Source: Candidatus Latescibacterota bacterium
GTDB taxonomy: Bacteria > Latescibacterota > UBA2968
Direction: 5' to 3'
Assembly (NCBI GenBank): GCA_965208125.1
Contig: OZ242320.1
Span: forward strand, 5,344,001 to 5,408,000
Length of the DNA stretch: 64,000 nucleotides
Each line of letters opens with the position of its first letter. Position 1 is the stretch's first letter. The translations under genes and the position numbers were made by a program. Below are positions 28,783 through 37,793 of this stretch, piece after piece. Below the pieces are notes generated by a model. It worked only from the letters and a program-made list of their open reading frames with translations. It made no database searches and was not told the origin of the DNA.

Positions 28783-31700
28783 TTACCAGGTCAGCCGCAA
28801 TCCCGCAAAGATCTGCCGGGGTTCGCCGCTGAAGCGATCGAAGTCGTTGACATCTCCATATTGTCGGAAAGTCGAATCGTCGGGACGTGGTGCCACAAGC
28901 CCCCACCTCAGGTAATCCGACGAACTGCCGACCCCGCCGCCCTGGCTCTGCGTACTCGGAATCTTCTGGTTGAACAAATTGTTGATTTCCAGGTAAAGCA
29001 GAGGCTTCACATTCTTGATGTTAAAGCCCTTCTGAATACTCAGGTCGGTCACAGAAGAAGTCGGACCCTCCCGCTTCACATTCAGACTGGTAATCGGATC
29101 GTTGAAACCGAAGACCCGGCCAGTATAAAGCCGATAGATCATGTTGACCCGCAGATCGCCGAATATCTTGCTTCCCCAAAACATCTCACCGGGCCCAAAA
29201 TCGGGTGGGCTGGCATAGATGAGCACCAGACTACCCTGAGTGCGGCGGGCATCGCTGCGGGCGCCTTCCACGCTCCAGAACGTACTGGAAATGGAGTAGA
29301 GGCCCTGCAATCGCTGGGCATCCTCGCTGGATAACCAGGGGAGTTCCCACAGCTTGATAAATTCCGTGCGATGCTGTGCACCAGCCTTCTGCCCTCCAGC
29401 AAGTCCTATATCCACCTGCGTCTGGGCCTTTGCTTTCAATTCTTCGAGCTTTTCACCAGTCGGCGGATTGGGAATCTCCGCTCCGGTGCTTGAATCAACC
29501 GTCCACTCCTGCCAGTAGCGATTTGGATCGGCAATATACGATGCGTCCGGGAAGATGTCGGTCTCTCCGTTCCCTCGCTTGGTACCGCCAATGGTCAGCC
29601 GTTCACCCCAGCCCATGTTGATGGATGCCTTGAAGGAAAAGTTGTGCTTCAGCCCCTTCTTCAGAGCCAGTTCCAAACCACGAGTTGTCACATGTCCGCG
29701 CGGTCCATTTGCTCTGGTCTTGGCCTTTCTGCCAAGCGTGGGATCGACAAAATACATCGCCTGTACGCTCAAAAATCCGTTGGACACCCGGTAATAAGCC
29801 GTGGTCTGCAGCGTATAGTCACTGATGAAATTGTACTCAGACCCCAACTCAAAGGCCGTGGATACCTGCGCGTTCTGGAACGAGGGATTGTCAATCGTAT
29901 AGGCAGAACCAAACGAGTCATTCAACGGCAGATTATTATTCACTTCTGCCGGATCGATCTGCCCGTTTCCATTCAAATCTCGGGAAGCAGCACCCGTCGT
30001 GCGCCAGCGATTTCTAAAGAAATAATCAAAGGCCGGACGCGTGTGGTATTTGCCATAAAAAAAGTGAATTTTCGACTTGTCTGTAATCGGGTGGGAAATG
30101 CCCAGCCGCGGCATATACCACGTATAGGCTTTCATATCGCCATATTGCGTATTTGCCTGATACCGCGTGAGAGTATTGGTCATTGGCGCGCCCTGAAAAG
30201 GAATTAATGGCACCTTTTCGCCCCAGAATCGCTCAATGCGCAATCCCGCATTCACGATCAATCCTTCAAACTCCATCTTGTCCTGGATATAGCCGGAAAA
30301 CTCCCAGGGCGTAACGCCTTCGCCAAATTCGCCGTATTTCCCATAATGGATGATGTATCGGTTCTTGCTACCAGCGGTTTCTGTAAAGTTGATCTGGTAG
30401 GAGTTGTAGCGCGTCAGACTAAGCCCTGCCTTGACAAAATGTCCGCGCGTCACCTGGCTGGACAAATCGACTTTTAGCGTGTACCGCGTCTGTGCGCCGA
30501 GTTGGTAGTCCCGCAACAGTCCGGTGTCGGCATAGTACCAACCGTCCTGGTCCAGAGTTGGATCCACTGTCTCGGTTGGCACGTTCAGAGTATCCTGCGT
30601 GCTGCTATAGCGAGACAGGCGCACCTCGTAGAAGGTTTTGGGCGACAGGGTGTGCGTAGCCAGGACATATAACAGATTGTCTGTGCTCAACCAGGACCCG
30701 GCTGCGGACTCGCCCTCGGGCAGGAAAATCGCCCGCGCATTATTCGTATGCCGCAATGCACTTGCCCTCAACAGATTAGAACCAGAAGTGAATCGGCCCT
30801 TGTCCCGGCCATAAAGCCCGCCGGCCCGCAACTTCAGGTTCGGGTTGAGATTGGTGGTCAACTTGTAGCTCGTACTGGCATTGAAGGGCTTGCGCAACTG
30901 CGCAGCCGGCAACCGCGTCGGCTGAAAATCGTGCTGCGTACTCAGGAAAAACGACACATCCCGACCAACAGGACCAGAAAGGGATGCTTCCATAAAATGC
31001 CCTTGCACATCTGTATAATCGCTCGACGGCCTTTCATGCACGCGCCGACCCGTGGCATCTGTCTCGTTCTCCCAGGCCGAATCCCCGGTCTTCAATCTGT
31101 CCTTGTGAATCGGGCTTTGATAAAAATTCTCACCCCAGTGCTGCTGTCGTGCAGGTGAAAACCGATAGTGTCCCTGACCGTGAAAATCGCGTCCACCATC
31201 CAGGGTGACAACCGACACAGCACCAATATGTCCGTATTCGGCATTCAACCCGCCGGCCAGAACTGTGATCTCGGAAATTGTCGAGGGATTTATATCGCGA
31301 AAGGTTTGCGAGGACGTACCCCGCCCTTCCCTGCGGCCATCCATCATCGTCAGCTTGATACCATCCAGCCGGTATTCTGTGACTTCTCCGCTCCCACCCT
31401 GTGTCCACGCATTCCGAATGCGGTCCGATCCATCCACATTCACACCCGCTTCCAGCTCTACAAAATTGTCCAGACTGCGGATGATGGGCAGCACCGCAAT
31501 ATCGTCGGCCGTTACAACATAGCGGCTTTCGGTGCGATCCGGCTCAACGAGGGGCCGTTCCGCCACCACCGTCAACTCACCCAATTCCAGGGTCGCTTCA
31601 TTGAGCACAAAATTTACGGTTGTCGTAATATCCGAAACGGCTCGAACATCGGTCTTGGTCGCCATCGAATAACCGACCATCGATGCCTTCAACTCGTATG

Positions 31701-31911
31701 TTCCCGGATCCACAGAAAGGATCACGTAATACCCTTCCGCATCAGAGGTCGCGCCCCGGTACGTCCCTTCTACCGTCACATTGGCCCCGGGAAGTGCCTC
31801 ACCCTTGCTATCGACCACCTGCCCGGTGATCTTTCCAGTCGTGGCAGCCTCAGCCAGTCCAAAGGCGACTACAACGCTGAAGCACATCAGAATACTTAAA
31901 ACTTTTTTCAT
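28783..31911 (-). CDS. TonB-dependent receptor with N-terminal carboxypeptidase-regulatory-like domain
   Basis: ATG 31911 after GGAGGA. TTGKITGQV...LPGANV, plug motif ITVLAGGLNAEYG, YIQDKMEF, MPRLGISHPIT, C-terminal PRQIFAGLRLTW. Confidence 0.92.
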   Translation of the reverse strand: MKKVLSILMCFSVVVAFGLAEAATTGKITGQVVDSKGEALPGANVTVEGTYRGATSDAEGYYVILSVDPGTYELKASMVGYSMATKTDVRAVSDITTTVNFVLNEATLELGELTVVAERPLVEPDRTESRYVVTADDIAVLPIIRSLDNFVELEAGVNVDGSDRIRNAWTQGGSGEVTEYRLDGIKLTMMDGRREGRGTSSQTFRDINPSTISEITVLAGGLNAEYGHIGAVSVVTLDGGRDFHGQGHYRFSPARQQHWGENFYQSPIHKDRLKTGDSAWENETDATGRRVHERPSSDYTDVQGHFMEASLSGPVGRDVSFFLSTQHDFQPTRLPAAQLRKPFNASTSYKLTTNLNPNLKLRAGGLYGRDKGRFTSGSNLLRASALRHTNNARAIFLPEGESAAGSWLSTDNLLYVLATHTLSPKTFYEVRLSRYSSTQDTLNVPTETVDPTLDQDGWYYADTGLLRDYQLGAQTRYTLKVDLSSQVTRGHFVKAGLSLTRYNSYQINFTETAGSKNRYIIHYGKYGEFGEGVTPWEFSGYIQDKMEFEGLIVNAGLRIERFWGEKVPLIPFQGAPMTNTLTRYQANTQYGDMKAYTWYMPRLGISHPITDKSKIHFFYGKYHTRPAFDYFFRNRWRTTGAASRDLNGNGQIDPAEVNNNLPLNDSFGSAYTIDNPSFQNAQVSTAFELGSEYNFISDYTLQTTAYYRVSNGFLSVQAMYFVDPTLGRKAKTRANGPRGHVTTRGLELALKKGLKHNFSFKASINMGWGERLTIGGTKRGNGETDIFPDASYIADPNRYWQEWTVDSSTGAEIPNPPTGEKLEELKAKAQTQVDIGLAGGQKAGAQHRTEFIKLWELPWLSSEDAQRLQGLYSISSTFWSVEGARSDARRTQGSLVLIYASPPDFGPGEMFWGSKIFGDLRVNMIYRLYTGRVFGFNDPITSLNVKREGPTSSVTDLSIQKGFNIKNVKPLLYLEINNLFNQKIPSTQSQGGGVGSSSDYLRWGLVAPRPDDSTFRQYGDVNDFDRFSGEPRQIFAGLRLTW

Positions 31912-31938
31912 CAGTTTTTCCTCCATTTAAAATTCGAT

Positions 31939-32628
31939 CTACCAGAAGTACTTAAATCCAACCACCAGATCGAACGATTGCAGTGGAAACGTCTTCAAAA
32001 GGCCCCAGTCCTCCAGAGGGCGCAATTCGCCAAGTATGATATTATACCGACCGCGAATATCGATCAGAAAGCGTTCGGAAGTCACAATACTGACACCGCC
32101 GGCCAATATCGCTGTCAACGCCGGCCAATCGTCTTCATACGCAGGAAGCAGGAGACTCGTATCCAGAGTCGTACCCGTCTGTCCGGGAAAAATCAATCCG
32201 GACACCTCATTCTGATACCAGAACAAGCCCAGACCGCCGCTTAAGTAAGGCGTCATACCACTGCTACCCAACTCTCGCAAATGCACAATTCCACTGGCAG
32301 CAATGCTGTTAAAAGCCATCGCCTGAGCAACCTGAGGACTGAGATGCTCATTGTTATCTACTGACCACCTGAACCTCCGCGTATCCAGATCGCCACCACC
32401 CATTTTGGAATAGTGATACTCGATCTCGGCGACAATTCTCGACGATGCAACATAATTATAACTCACACCGAGCTTTGGGGAAGCCGAATACCAGTTTCCA
32501 AAGTTGAACACCGGCACATGGGCACTCCCGAAAAACCCGATCCCCGACTGGCCTTTTTCAAAAGCTCCGACCGTGGATACCGAGATCAGAACTGCCCCGA
32601 TAAAACACAATGTTCTCAACATCCGCAT
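31939..32628 (-). CDS. Small outer-membrane beta-barrel protein (OmpA/OMP_b-brl-like)
   Basis: ATG 32628 after GGAGG. Signal peptide, TPYLSGGLG, alternating strands, C-terminal VGFKYFW. Confidence 0.8.
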   Translation of the reverse strand: MRMLRTLCFIGAVLISVSTVGAFEKGQSGIGFFGSAHVPVFNFGNWYSASPKLGVSYNYVASSRIVAEIEYHYSKMGGGDLDTRRFRWSVDNNEHLSPQVAQAMAFNSIAASGIVHLRELGSSGMTPYLSGGLGLFWYQNEVSGLIFPGQTGTTLDTSLLLPAYEDDWPALTAILAGGVSIVTSERFLIDIRGRYNIILGELRPLEDWGLLKTFPLQSFDLVVGFKYFW

Positions 32629-32969
32629 AAGCTGACCCTCCTTTGAAATGTAAAAAATACAACACGGTATCGCACTCAATTCAAATACTCCTCCTTTCTC
32701 CGGCTCAATTCATTTTTTGCACCAATAAAGAATTAATTTTTTTAATAATTTGTGAATACAAACTTCTAATTTTCAGACATGCGTACAAAAAAACCATCTA
32801 TACCATACTATTCCATTGGTTTTTAGACGGTTTTAACTCCAAACTAATAATGGCGATAAATTGTTAACTATTACTTACTTATACTAAATTTCTAATACGA
32901 ATAGCCATTTGCACTTATATCCTGAATAATATGCATTAAAATTTCTCCCAATGTCAAGTATTTTTTCTA

Positions 32970-33998
32970 TCATTCTTTACTTTTTTTAGCTCCACACGAT
33001 TCCCGCACGACCAGACGCGATTTCAAGGTTACTTGACGAGGCGTATCCTGCCCCTCGAGTTGGTCCAACATCAGATCTATCGCAGCCTGAGCAATCGCCT
33101 CGTACGGAGTTGCAAACGTCGTCAGCGCTGGCATCACATACGCCGATACGTCAATATCCCCACTACCCACCACAGCTACATCATCGGGTACGCGAATACC
33201 CGATTCCTGTAGCCCTTTACAAACGCCTATCGCTGTATAATCGTCCCGGCATATAAGAGCAGTAAACTGGTCGCCGAGTTCTTTCCCCAGGCGATACCCT
33301 CCTTCTGCATTGATGGTACTGACAGGTGTGTAGTTGGGCGTCAGGCCGTGATTTCGCATCGCCTGTAAATATCCTTTACCCTTAGCCGAAACCGAGCTGG
33401 ACTCATTCCAGTCCTCTCCGAGAAACCCGATCTGCTCGTGACCCAACTCGATCAAATGTTCTGTGGCCTCGAAATACTCCGCCACATAGTTCAGTATGAC
33501 TCCGCTCAAGTTTTCAGTTGGATAGAAAAATGTCACTACTGGCACGCGTCCCTTCACAACATCCAAAATACGCTCTGATTCTCCTTCGTCCCCTCGCGTA
33601 TGAACTAAAAGTCCATCTACACCCCAGGAAATCAATTGCTTGATCTGCACAGTCTGGTCATCCATCGACTCTTGAGGCATACCATGAGCGGCGACTCTCA
33701 TCATGATCTGATAATCCTGTTCACCAGCCGCCTTCAGTATCTGGTCGGTCTGACGTCCAAACGCTTTCTGGAAAATCTGGTAAGTCAGCAGACCCAGTGT
33801 ACCCGTCTCCCCTGTCACAATCCCTCGCGCCATCAAATTGGGACTGTAGTCCATATCGACGGCTGTTTGTCGCACCAGTTCTCGGGTCTCCTCCTTCACC
33901 AATACCGAAGCGTGTGGTGATAGTGCACGTGAAACTGTTGAATACGAAATACCCAACTGCCTTGCTATATCTTTAATCGTAGCTTGTTTTTTTTTCAT
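32970..33998 (-). CDS. LacI/GalR-family transcriptional regulator, copy 1
   Basis: TIKDIARQLGISYSTVSRAL HTH, YSPNLMAR hinge, VPDDVAVVG...PALTT...LVVRESC. Start set at ATG 33998 by alignment to copy 3. Confidence 0.93.
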   Translation of the reverse strand: MKKKQATIKDIARQLGISYSTVSRALSPHASVLVKEETRELVRQTAVDMDYSPNLMARGIVTGETGTLGLLTYQIFQKAFGRQTDQILKAAGEQDYQIMMRVAAHGMPQESMDDQTVQIKQLISWGVDGLLVHTRGDEGESERILDVVKGRVPVVTFFYPTENLSGVILNYVAEYFEATEHLIELGHEQIGFLGEDWNESSSVSAKGKGYLQAMRNHGLTPNYTPVSTINAEGGYRLGKELGDQFTALICRDDYTAIGVCKGLQESGIRVPDDVAVVGSGDIDVSAYVMPALTTFATPYEAIAQAAIDLMLDQLEGQDTPRQVTLKSRLVVRESCGAKKSKE

Positions 33999-34096
33999 TT
34001 GCTTATCCCCAATTAAGCGATATAAATGAGTAGTTTGCATAATTCGAGAACATACTGCTTTGATGTGTGAAATGGTCCGAAATCACCCTGCCCCGC

Positions 34097-34125
34097 TTGA
34101 CAACGCTCGCCGCCCCCCTTAACTT
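34097..34125 (+). promoter_or_regulatory. Sigma-70-type promoter for the FGE-fold/diheme gene pair
   Basis: TTGACA-N17-TAACTT ending 38 nt upstream of ATG 34163. Confidence 0.6.
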
Positions 34126-34162
34126 TCAGCATCTACTAATTGTATTCTTTACGGATATCCCC

Positions 34163-35263
34163 ATGCCCACCCATCTGTATTTCACCTTTATCTTTCTGTT
34201 GGGTTTTGTTGCCCCAGCCAACGCACAAGGCGATCCCACCGAGATACCCGCGCGCTACGATCTGGCTCGCATGTCGCTGGAAGACGGCGAGGTCCATTAT
34301 GCCGAGCAGCAGTTCCTCAAAATTCTCAAAATTGACCCCAAACACGCGCCCACACATTTGATTTTGGGCCGCCTCTATCACCGTCAAAAACGCAACGCCA
34401 ATGCTTACCGTCACCTCAAAACCTATCTCGATTTCTCGCCTGAAGCCCCTGACAAAACCGAGATCCGCACTTTGCTCAATACCCTCGCCGACAGCCTGAA
34501 GGCATCCGGCAAAGGCTGGGTCGTCATTGATCCATCAACACCCTGGCGTCCATCTATGCTGCCTCAACCCGATGAACTCGGTTTTGTGTCCATTCGAGGC
34601 GGAACGTTCCTTATGGGCGGAACTTTTGAAAATGAAAAACCCATCCGTCTGGTCACTGTATCCGATTTCGAACTCCTGAACCATGAAGTCACCAACGTCG
34701 AATACTTTGCCTTCACCAGAGCCACGGCCCATCCCTCGCCCGAATATTGGCGCGAAGACTGGTTCTGGATGTCTGAGTTCGGTCCCCACCCCGTTGTCAA
34801 CATCACCCATTATGACGCCGAGGCTTATTGCCATTGGCTGGACGCGCGCTTGCCCACTGAAGCCGAGTGGGAATACGCTTGCCGCGCGGGCCACACCCAG
34901 GCCAAATATCCCTGGGGCAACGATTCACCCGACGAACAAAAGGCCAATTACGGACGCATCTTCAAAACACCTTATCCCACACGACCTGTCAAATCTCACC
35001 CCCCCAACGCCTATGGTCTTTACGACATGGCTGGCAATGTGTGGGAGTGGTGTGCCGATTGGTACGATCCAAACTATTACCAAAACGCCCCCTCCGATAA
35101 CCCCAAAGGTCCAGACAAAGGCTTCGATTACCAACACACGCGCAGGGGTGGGCAATGGCAGTCCTCTCCTCATTCCCTGCGTTGTGCCCGCCGCTATGGG
35201 GGCGAGCCTTCGGCTCAGGATAATGGCAGCATGGCCTACTTCGGCTTTCGCTGTGCGCGTTAG
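34163..35263 (+). CDS. Exported TPR + FGE-sulfatase (SUMF1/EgtB/PvdO-fold) domain protein
   Basis: Signal peptide, TPR, RLPTEAEWEYACR, NAYGLYDMAGNVWEWC, RGG...GFRCAR. Lacks the catalytic Cys pair of true FGE. Confidence 0.88.
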   Translation: MPTHLYFTFIFLLGFVAPANAQGDPTEIPARYDLARMSLEDGEVHYAEQQFLKILKIDPKHAPTHLILGRLYHRQKRNANAYRHLKTYLDFSPEAPDKTEIRTLLNTLADSLKASGKGWVVIDPSTPWRPSMLPQPDELGFVSIRGGTFLMGGTFENEKPIRLVTVSDFELLNHEVTNVEYFAFTRATAHPSPEYWREDWFWMSEFGPHPVVNITHYDAEAYCHWLDARLPTEAEWEYACRAGHTQAKYPWGNDSPDEQKANYGRIFKTPYPTRPVKSHPPNAYGLYDMAGNVWEWCADWYDPNYYQNAPSDNPKGPDKGFDYQHTRRGGQWQSSPHSLRCARRYGGEPSAQDNGSMAYFGFRCAR

Positions 35264-35276
35264 AAGAGAGATCACC

Positions 35277-36344
35277 ATGCCAATCCGCTTCACATTTCTC
35301 TGCTCCCTACTGACCGCCCTTCCAATAGCTGCATATAGCGGCGACATCCCCCGCGTGCCATTAGGCCATGACGAAATCCGCTATCTCAACAGCATTCCCA
35401 AAGACAATCCCCTCACCCGAGCCAAAATAGCTCTGGGCAAACTCCTCTTTTTTGACAAACGGCTCTCCAGAGATGGCAGCATTGCCTGCGGCTCCTGTCA
35501 CCAGCCCCACCGCGCCTTTACCGATGGTCGCGTTTTACCCATAGGTATTGACGGCCAAATCCCCAAACGCAATGTGCCTACCCTGATCAACCGTGCCTAT
35601 GGCACGGCTTACTTTTATGATGGCAGGGCTGCTTCTCTTGAAGAACAGGCCCTCATTCCCATTCAGAGCCCCACAGAAATGGGCAATACCCTCGAGCAGG
35701 TCGTTTCCACCTTATCTGCCATCTCCGGTTATCGCGCTCATTTCAAAACCGCCTTTGGAGACAGCACTATCATGCCTGACCGCATCGCCAGTGCTCTGGC
35801 CGCTTTCGAACGCACACTCATCTCCGGCGAATCGCCTTACGACCTGTTTGAATACGGCGGTCCCAAAGGCTCTATGTCCAAATCTGCCATCCGGGGCCTG
35901 CGCCTCTTTCGCACCAAAGCGCGTTGTACACTCTGCCACATGGGATTCAATTACACCGACGAAGACTTCCACAACATCGGTACGGGTTGGGATCGCACCG
36001 ATCTTTCCACTTATGAAAAAACCAGCAATTTAGAAGACATCAAAGGCATCGATCCAGGACGATATGCACAAACCCAAAAACCAGAACACTTTGGCGCAAT
36101 GAAAACACCCACCCTGCGCGAAGTCGCACGCACAGCTCCTTATATGCACAACGGTAGCATCAAAACCCTGCAAGAAATCATCGAATTTTACGACAAAGGC
36201 GGTACCCCCAATCCATTTCTCGACGAATTGATTACTCCCCTCAATCTCACCGATGCTGAAAAACAGGACCTGATCGCCTTTCTCAAAGCACTCAACGGCA
36301 CCAACTGGCTCCACATTGAGCCACCATTTCAATTTCCCGAGTAA
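35277..36344 (+). CDS. Diheme cytochrome c peroxidase superfamily protein, MauG/MbnH-like
   Basis: ATG 35277, signal peptide, LGKLLFFDKRLS, CGSCH, CTLCH, KTPTLR...APYMHNG...FY. Confidence 0.9.
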   Translation: MPIRFTFLCSLLTALPIAAYSGDIPRVPLGHDEIRYLNSIPKDNPLTRAKIALGKLLFFDKRLSRDGSIACGSCHQPHRAFTDGRVLPIGIDGQIPKRNVPTLINRAYGTAYFYDGRAASLEEQALIPIQSPTEMGNTLEQVVSTLSAISGYRAHFKTAFGDSTIMPDRIASALAAFERTLISGESPYDLFEYGGPKGSMSKSAIRGLRLFRTKARCTLCHMGFNYTDEDFHNIGTGWDRTDLSTYEKTSNLEDIKGIDPGRYAQTQKPEHFGAMKTPTLREVARTAPYMHNGSIKTLQEIIEFYDKGGTPNPFLDELITPLNLTDAEKQDLIAFLKALNGTNWLHIEPPFQFPE

Positions 36345-36361
36345 CTGATGCTACCGCAATA

Positions 36362-36377
36362 TGCAAAAAATGTGCCA
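36362..36377 (-). promoter_or_regulatory. Sigma-54 (-24/-12) promoter motif, orphaned (likely original promoter of LacI copy 1)
   Basis: Minus strand TGGCACATTTTTTGCA = GG-N10-GC consensus. Confidence 0.7.
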
Positions 36378-36496
36378 ATGTGTGACTTGTTCCAAACAAT
36401 TATACTCGTAAAGAGTTGTTTTAATTTAAGAAAGAGAGTTAATTTACCTATGACATAAGAATAATACTGTCTCTAAATAGTCGGATCAGCTCTTAC

Positions 36497-36534
36497 AAAA
36501 GACGTTATATAGTCCTAAAAGACGTTATATGGTC
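36497..36534. promoter_or_regulatory. 20-bp-period direct repeat, candidate upstream regulator site
   Basis: AAAAGACGTTATAT-agtc and AAAAGACGTTATAT-ggtc, 120-157 bp upstream of the sigma-54 motif. Confidence 0.55.
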
Positions 36535-36619
36535 TCGAAACTATATTACATCAGTGATACTCGACCTCATCGCCAAAGCCTTAGCCGCTTTATTGAGCCA
36601 TCATTTCGATTTCCCAAAT

Positions 36620-36658
36620 AAAAAAAAGGCGACCGAATGAAAGTTCGGTCGCCTTTTT
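36620..36658 (-). terminator. Intrinsic terminator downstream of LacI copy 2
   Basis: Minus strand GGCGACCGAA-ctttca-TTCGGTCGCC followed by 8 T. Confidence 0.85.
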
Positions 36659-36682
36659 GCATCCCACAACACAAAATTTCTA

Positions 36683-37528
36683 TCATTTTTCACTTTTGTT
36701 TGCCCCACACGATTCCCGCACGACCAGACGCGATTTCAAAATTACTTGTCGGGGCTTATCCTGCCCCTCGAGTTGTTCCAGCATCAGATCCATAACGGCC
36801 TGAGCAATCGCCTCGTAAGGAGTTACCAGAGTGGTCAGTGAAGGCACCATATAAGCCGCTGCTTCTATATCTCCGTTACCCACCACAGCCACATCATCGG
36901 GTATGCGAATACCCGATTCTCGTAGCCCCCGACAAACGCCTATGGCCGTATAATCGTCCCGGCATACAAGAGCTGTAAACTGATCGCCGAGTTCTCTGCC
37001 CCCGCGATACCCCCCTTCCGCATGGATATTCCTGGAGGGTAAGAATTGATGTGTCAGGCCATAGTTTTGCATTGCTAAAAGATATCCCTTAGCCTTAGCC
37101 GAAATCGGACTGGCCCCATTCCAGTCCGGCCCAATAAACCCGATCCGCTCGTGACCCAACTGGATCAAATGCTCTGTAGCCCTGTAAAAGTCCGATACAA
37201 AGTCCAACACGATCCCGCTCAAGTTTTGAGTCGGATACAAAAACGTCACCACTGGCACTCGTCCCTTCACGGCATTCAAAATGCGCGCTGATTCCTCTTC
37301 GTCTCCCCGCGTATGAATTAAAAGTCCATCTACGCCTCGGGCAATCAACTGTCGGATCTGCAGGATCTGATCTTCCAGTGAATTCAAAGAAATCCGATTA
37401 GAGGCCACTCTCAGCAGCAACTGATAATTCTGCTTATTAGCCTCCCTCAAGAGATAGTCGATCAGACTTCCAAACGTCTCCAGGAAAATGTGGTAGGTCA
37501 GCAAACCCAGTGTACCCGGCTTCTCCAT
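36683..37528 (-). CDS. LacI-family sensor-domain-only protein (HTH lost), copy 2
   Basis: Intact 281-aa ligand-binding domain homologous to copies 1 and 3. ATG 37528 has a GGGAG RBS. The upstream HTH region is degenerate (ALSYRIL*...) with an in-frame TAA. Could alternatively be a pseudogene. Confidence 0.7.
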   Translation of the reverse strand: MEKPGTLGLLTYHIFLETFGSLIDYLLREANKQNYQLLLRVASNRISLNSLEDQILQIRQLIARGVDGLLIHTRGDEEESARILNAVKGRVPVVTFLYPTQNLSGIVLDFVSDFYRATEHLIQLGHERIGFIGPDWNGASPISAKAKGYLLAMQNYGLTHQFLPSRNIHAEGGYRGGRELGDQFTALVCRDDYTAIGVCRGLRESGIRIPDDVAVVGNGDIEAAAYMVPSLTTLVTPYEAIAQAVMDLMLEQLEGQDKPRQVILKSRLVVRESCGANKSEK

Positions 37529-37708
37529 TACAATCTCCCGCTCCATCAATTTGAAGCTGTAGTCGATCTCGAGCGATCTTCGTAGCAAGCCCAGTCCCAG
37601 TTTAATTTAGAGGATTCTGTAGGATAGTGCCGAACCGAACATAATGAAAAAGTGCTTGCCATAAGAGACCCACAAATTAAATCGCATTCCCCATTATTTT
37701 CATATATA

Positions 37709-37724
37709 AGCAAAAACCGTGCCA
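37709..37724 (-). promoter_or_regulatory. Sigma-54 promoter upstream of LacI copy 2
   Basis: Minus strand TGGCACGGTTTTTGCT, essentially perfect consensus. IHF-like TAATTCTTTGATG at 37742-37754. Confidence 0.8.
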
Positions 37725-37793
37725 GTTTGTAATAAACGAGCTAATTCTTTGATGATGAAGGAGTTAGAGAAGATGAGGGATGATTCGCAGGTC

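Noticed and set aside
32923-32957. Possible sigma-70 promoter (minus-strand TTGACA at 32952-32957) for the TBDR operon
   Set aside because: There is no good -10 hexamer at 16-18 bp spacing (best is CATATT at 18), so it is too weak to call.
33999-34040. Upstream ATG 34040 as the LacI copy 1 start
   Set aside because: It lies inside the inferred insertion, and alignment to copy 3 places the start at 33998.
35140-35263. FGE/CLec-fold C-terminus as a possible diversity-generating retroelement variable region
   Set aside because: No template repeat differing at adenines and no reverse transcriptase in the window.
34683-35276. Long N-terminal extension of the 553-aa ORF overlapping the FGE-fold gene, suggesting a fusion or frameshift
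   Set aside because: The extension is low-complexity shadow translation. The diheme protein has its own ATG (35277) and signal peptide, and the FGE ORF ends normally.
36497-36550. Short direct repeats as a possible mini-CRISPR
   Set aside because: Only 2-3 units of 14 bp with 6-bp spacers and no cas genes.
32412-36568. 15/16-nt match AGTGATACTCGA(T/C)CTC between the OM barrel gene (32412) and intergenic 36553
   Set aside because: A single short match with no flanking similarity, compatible with chance.
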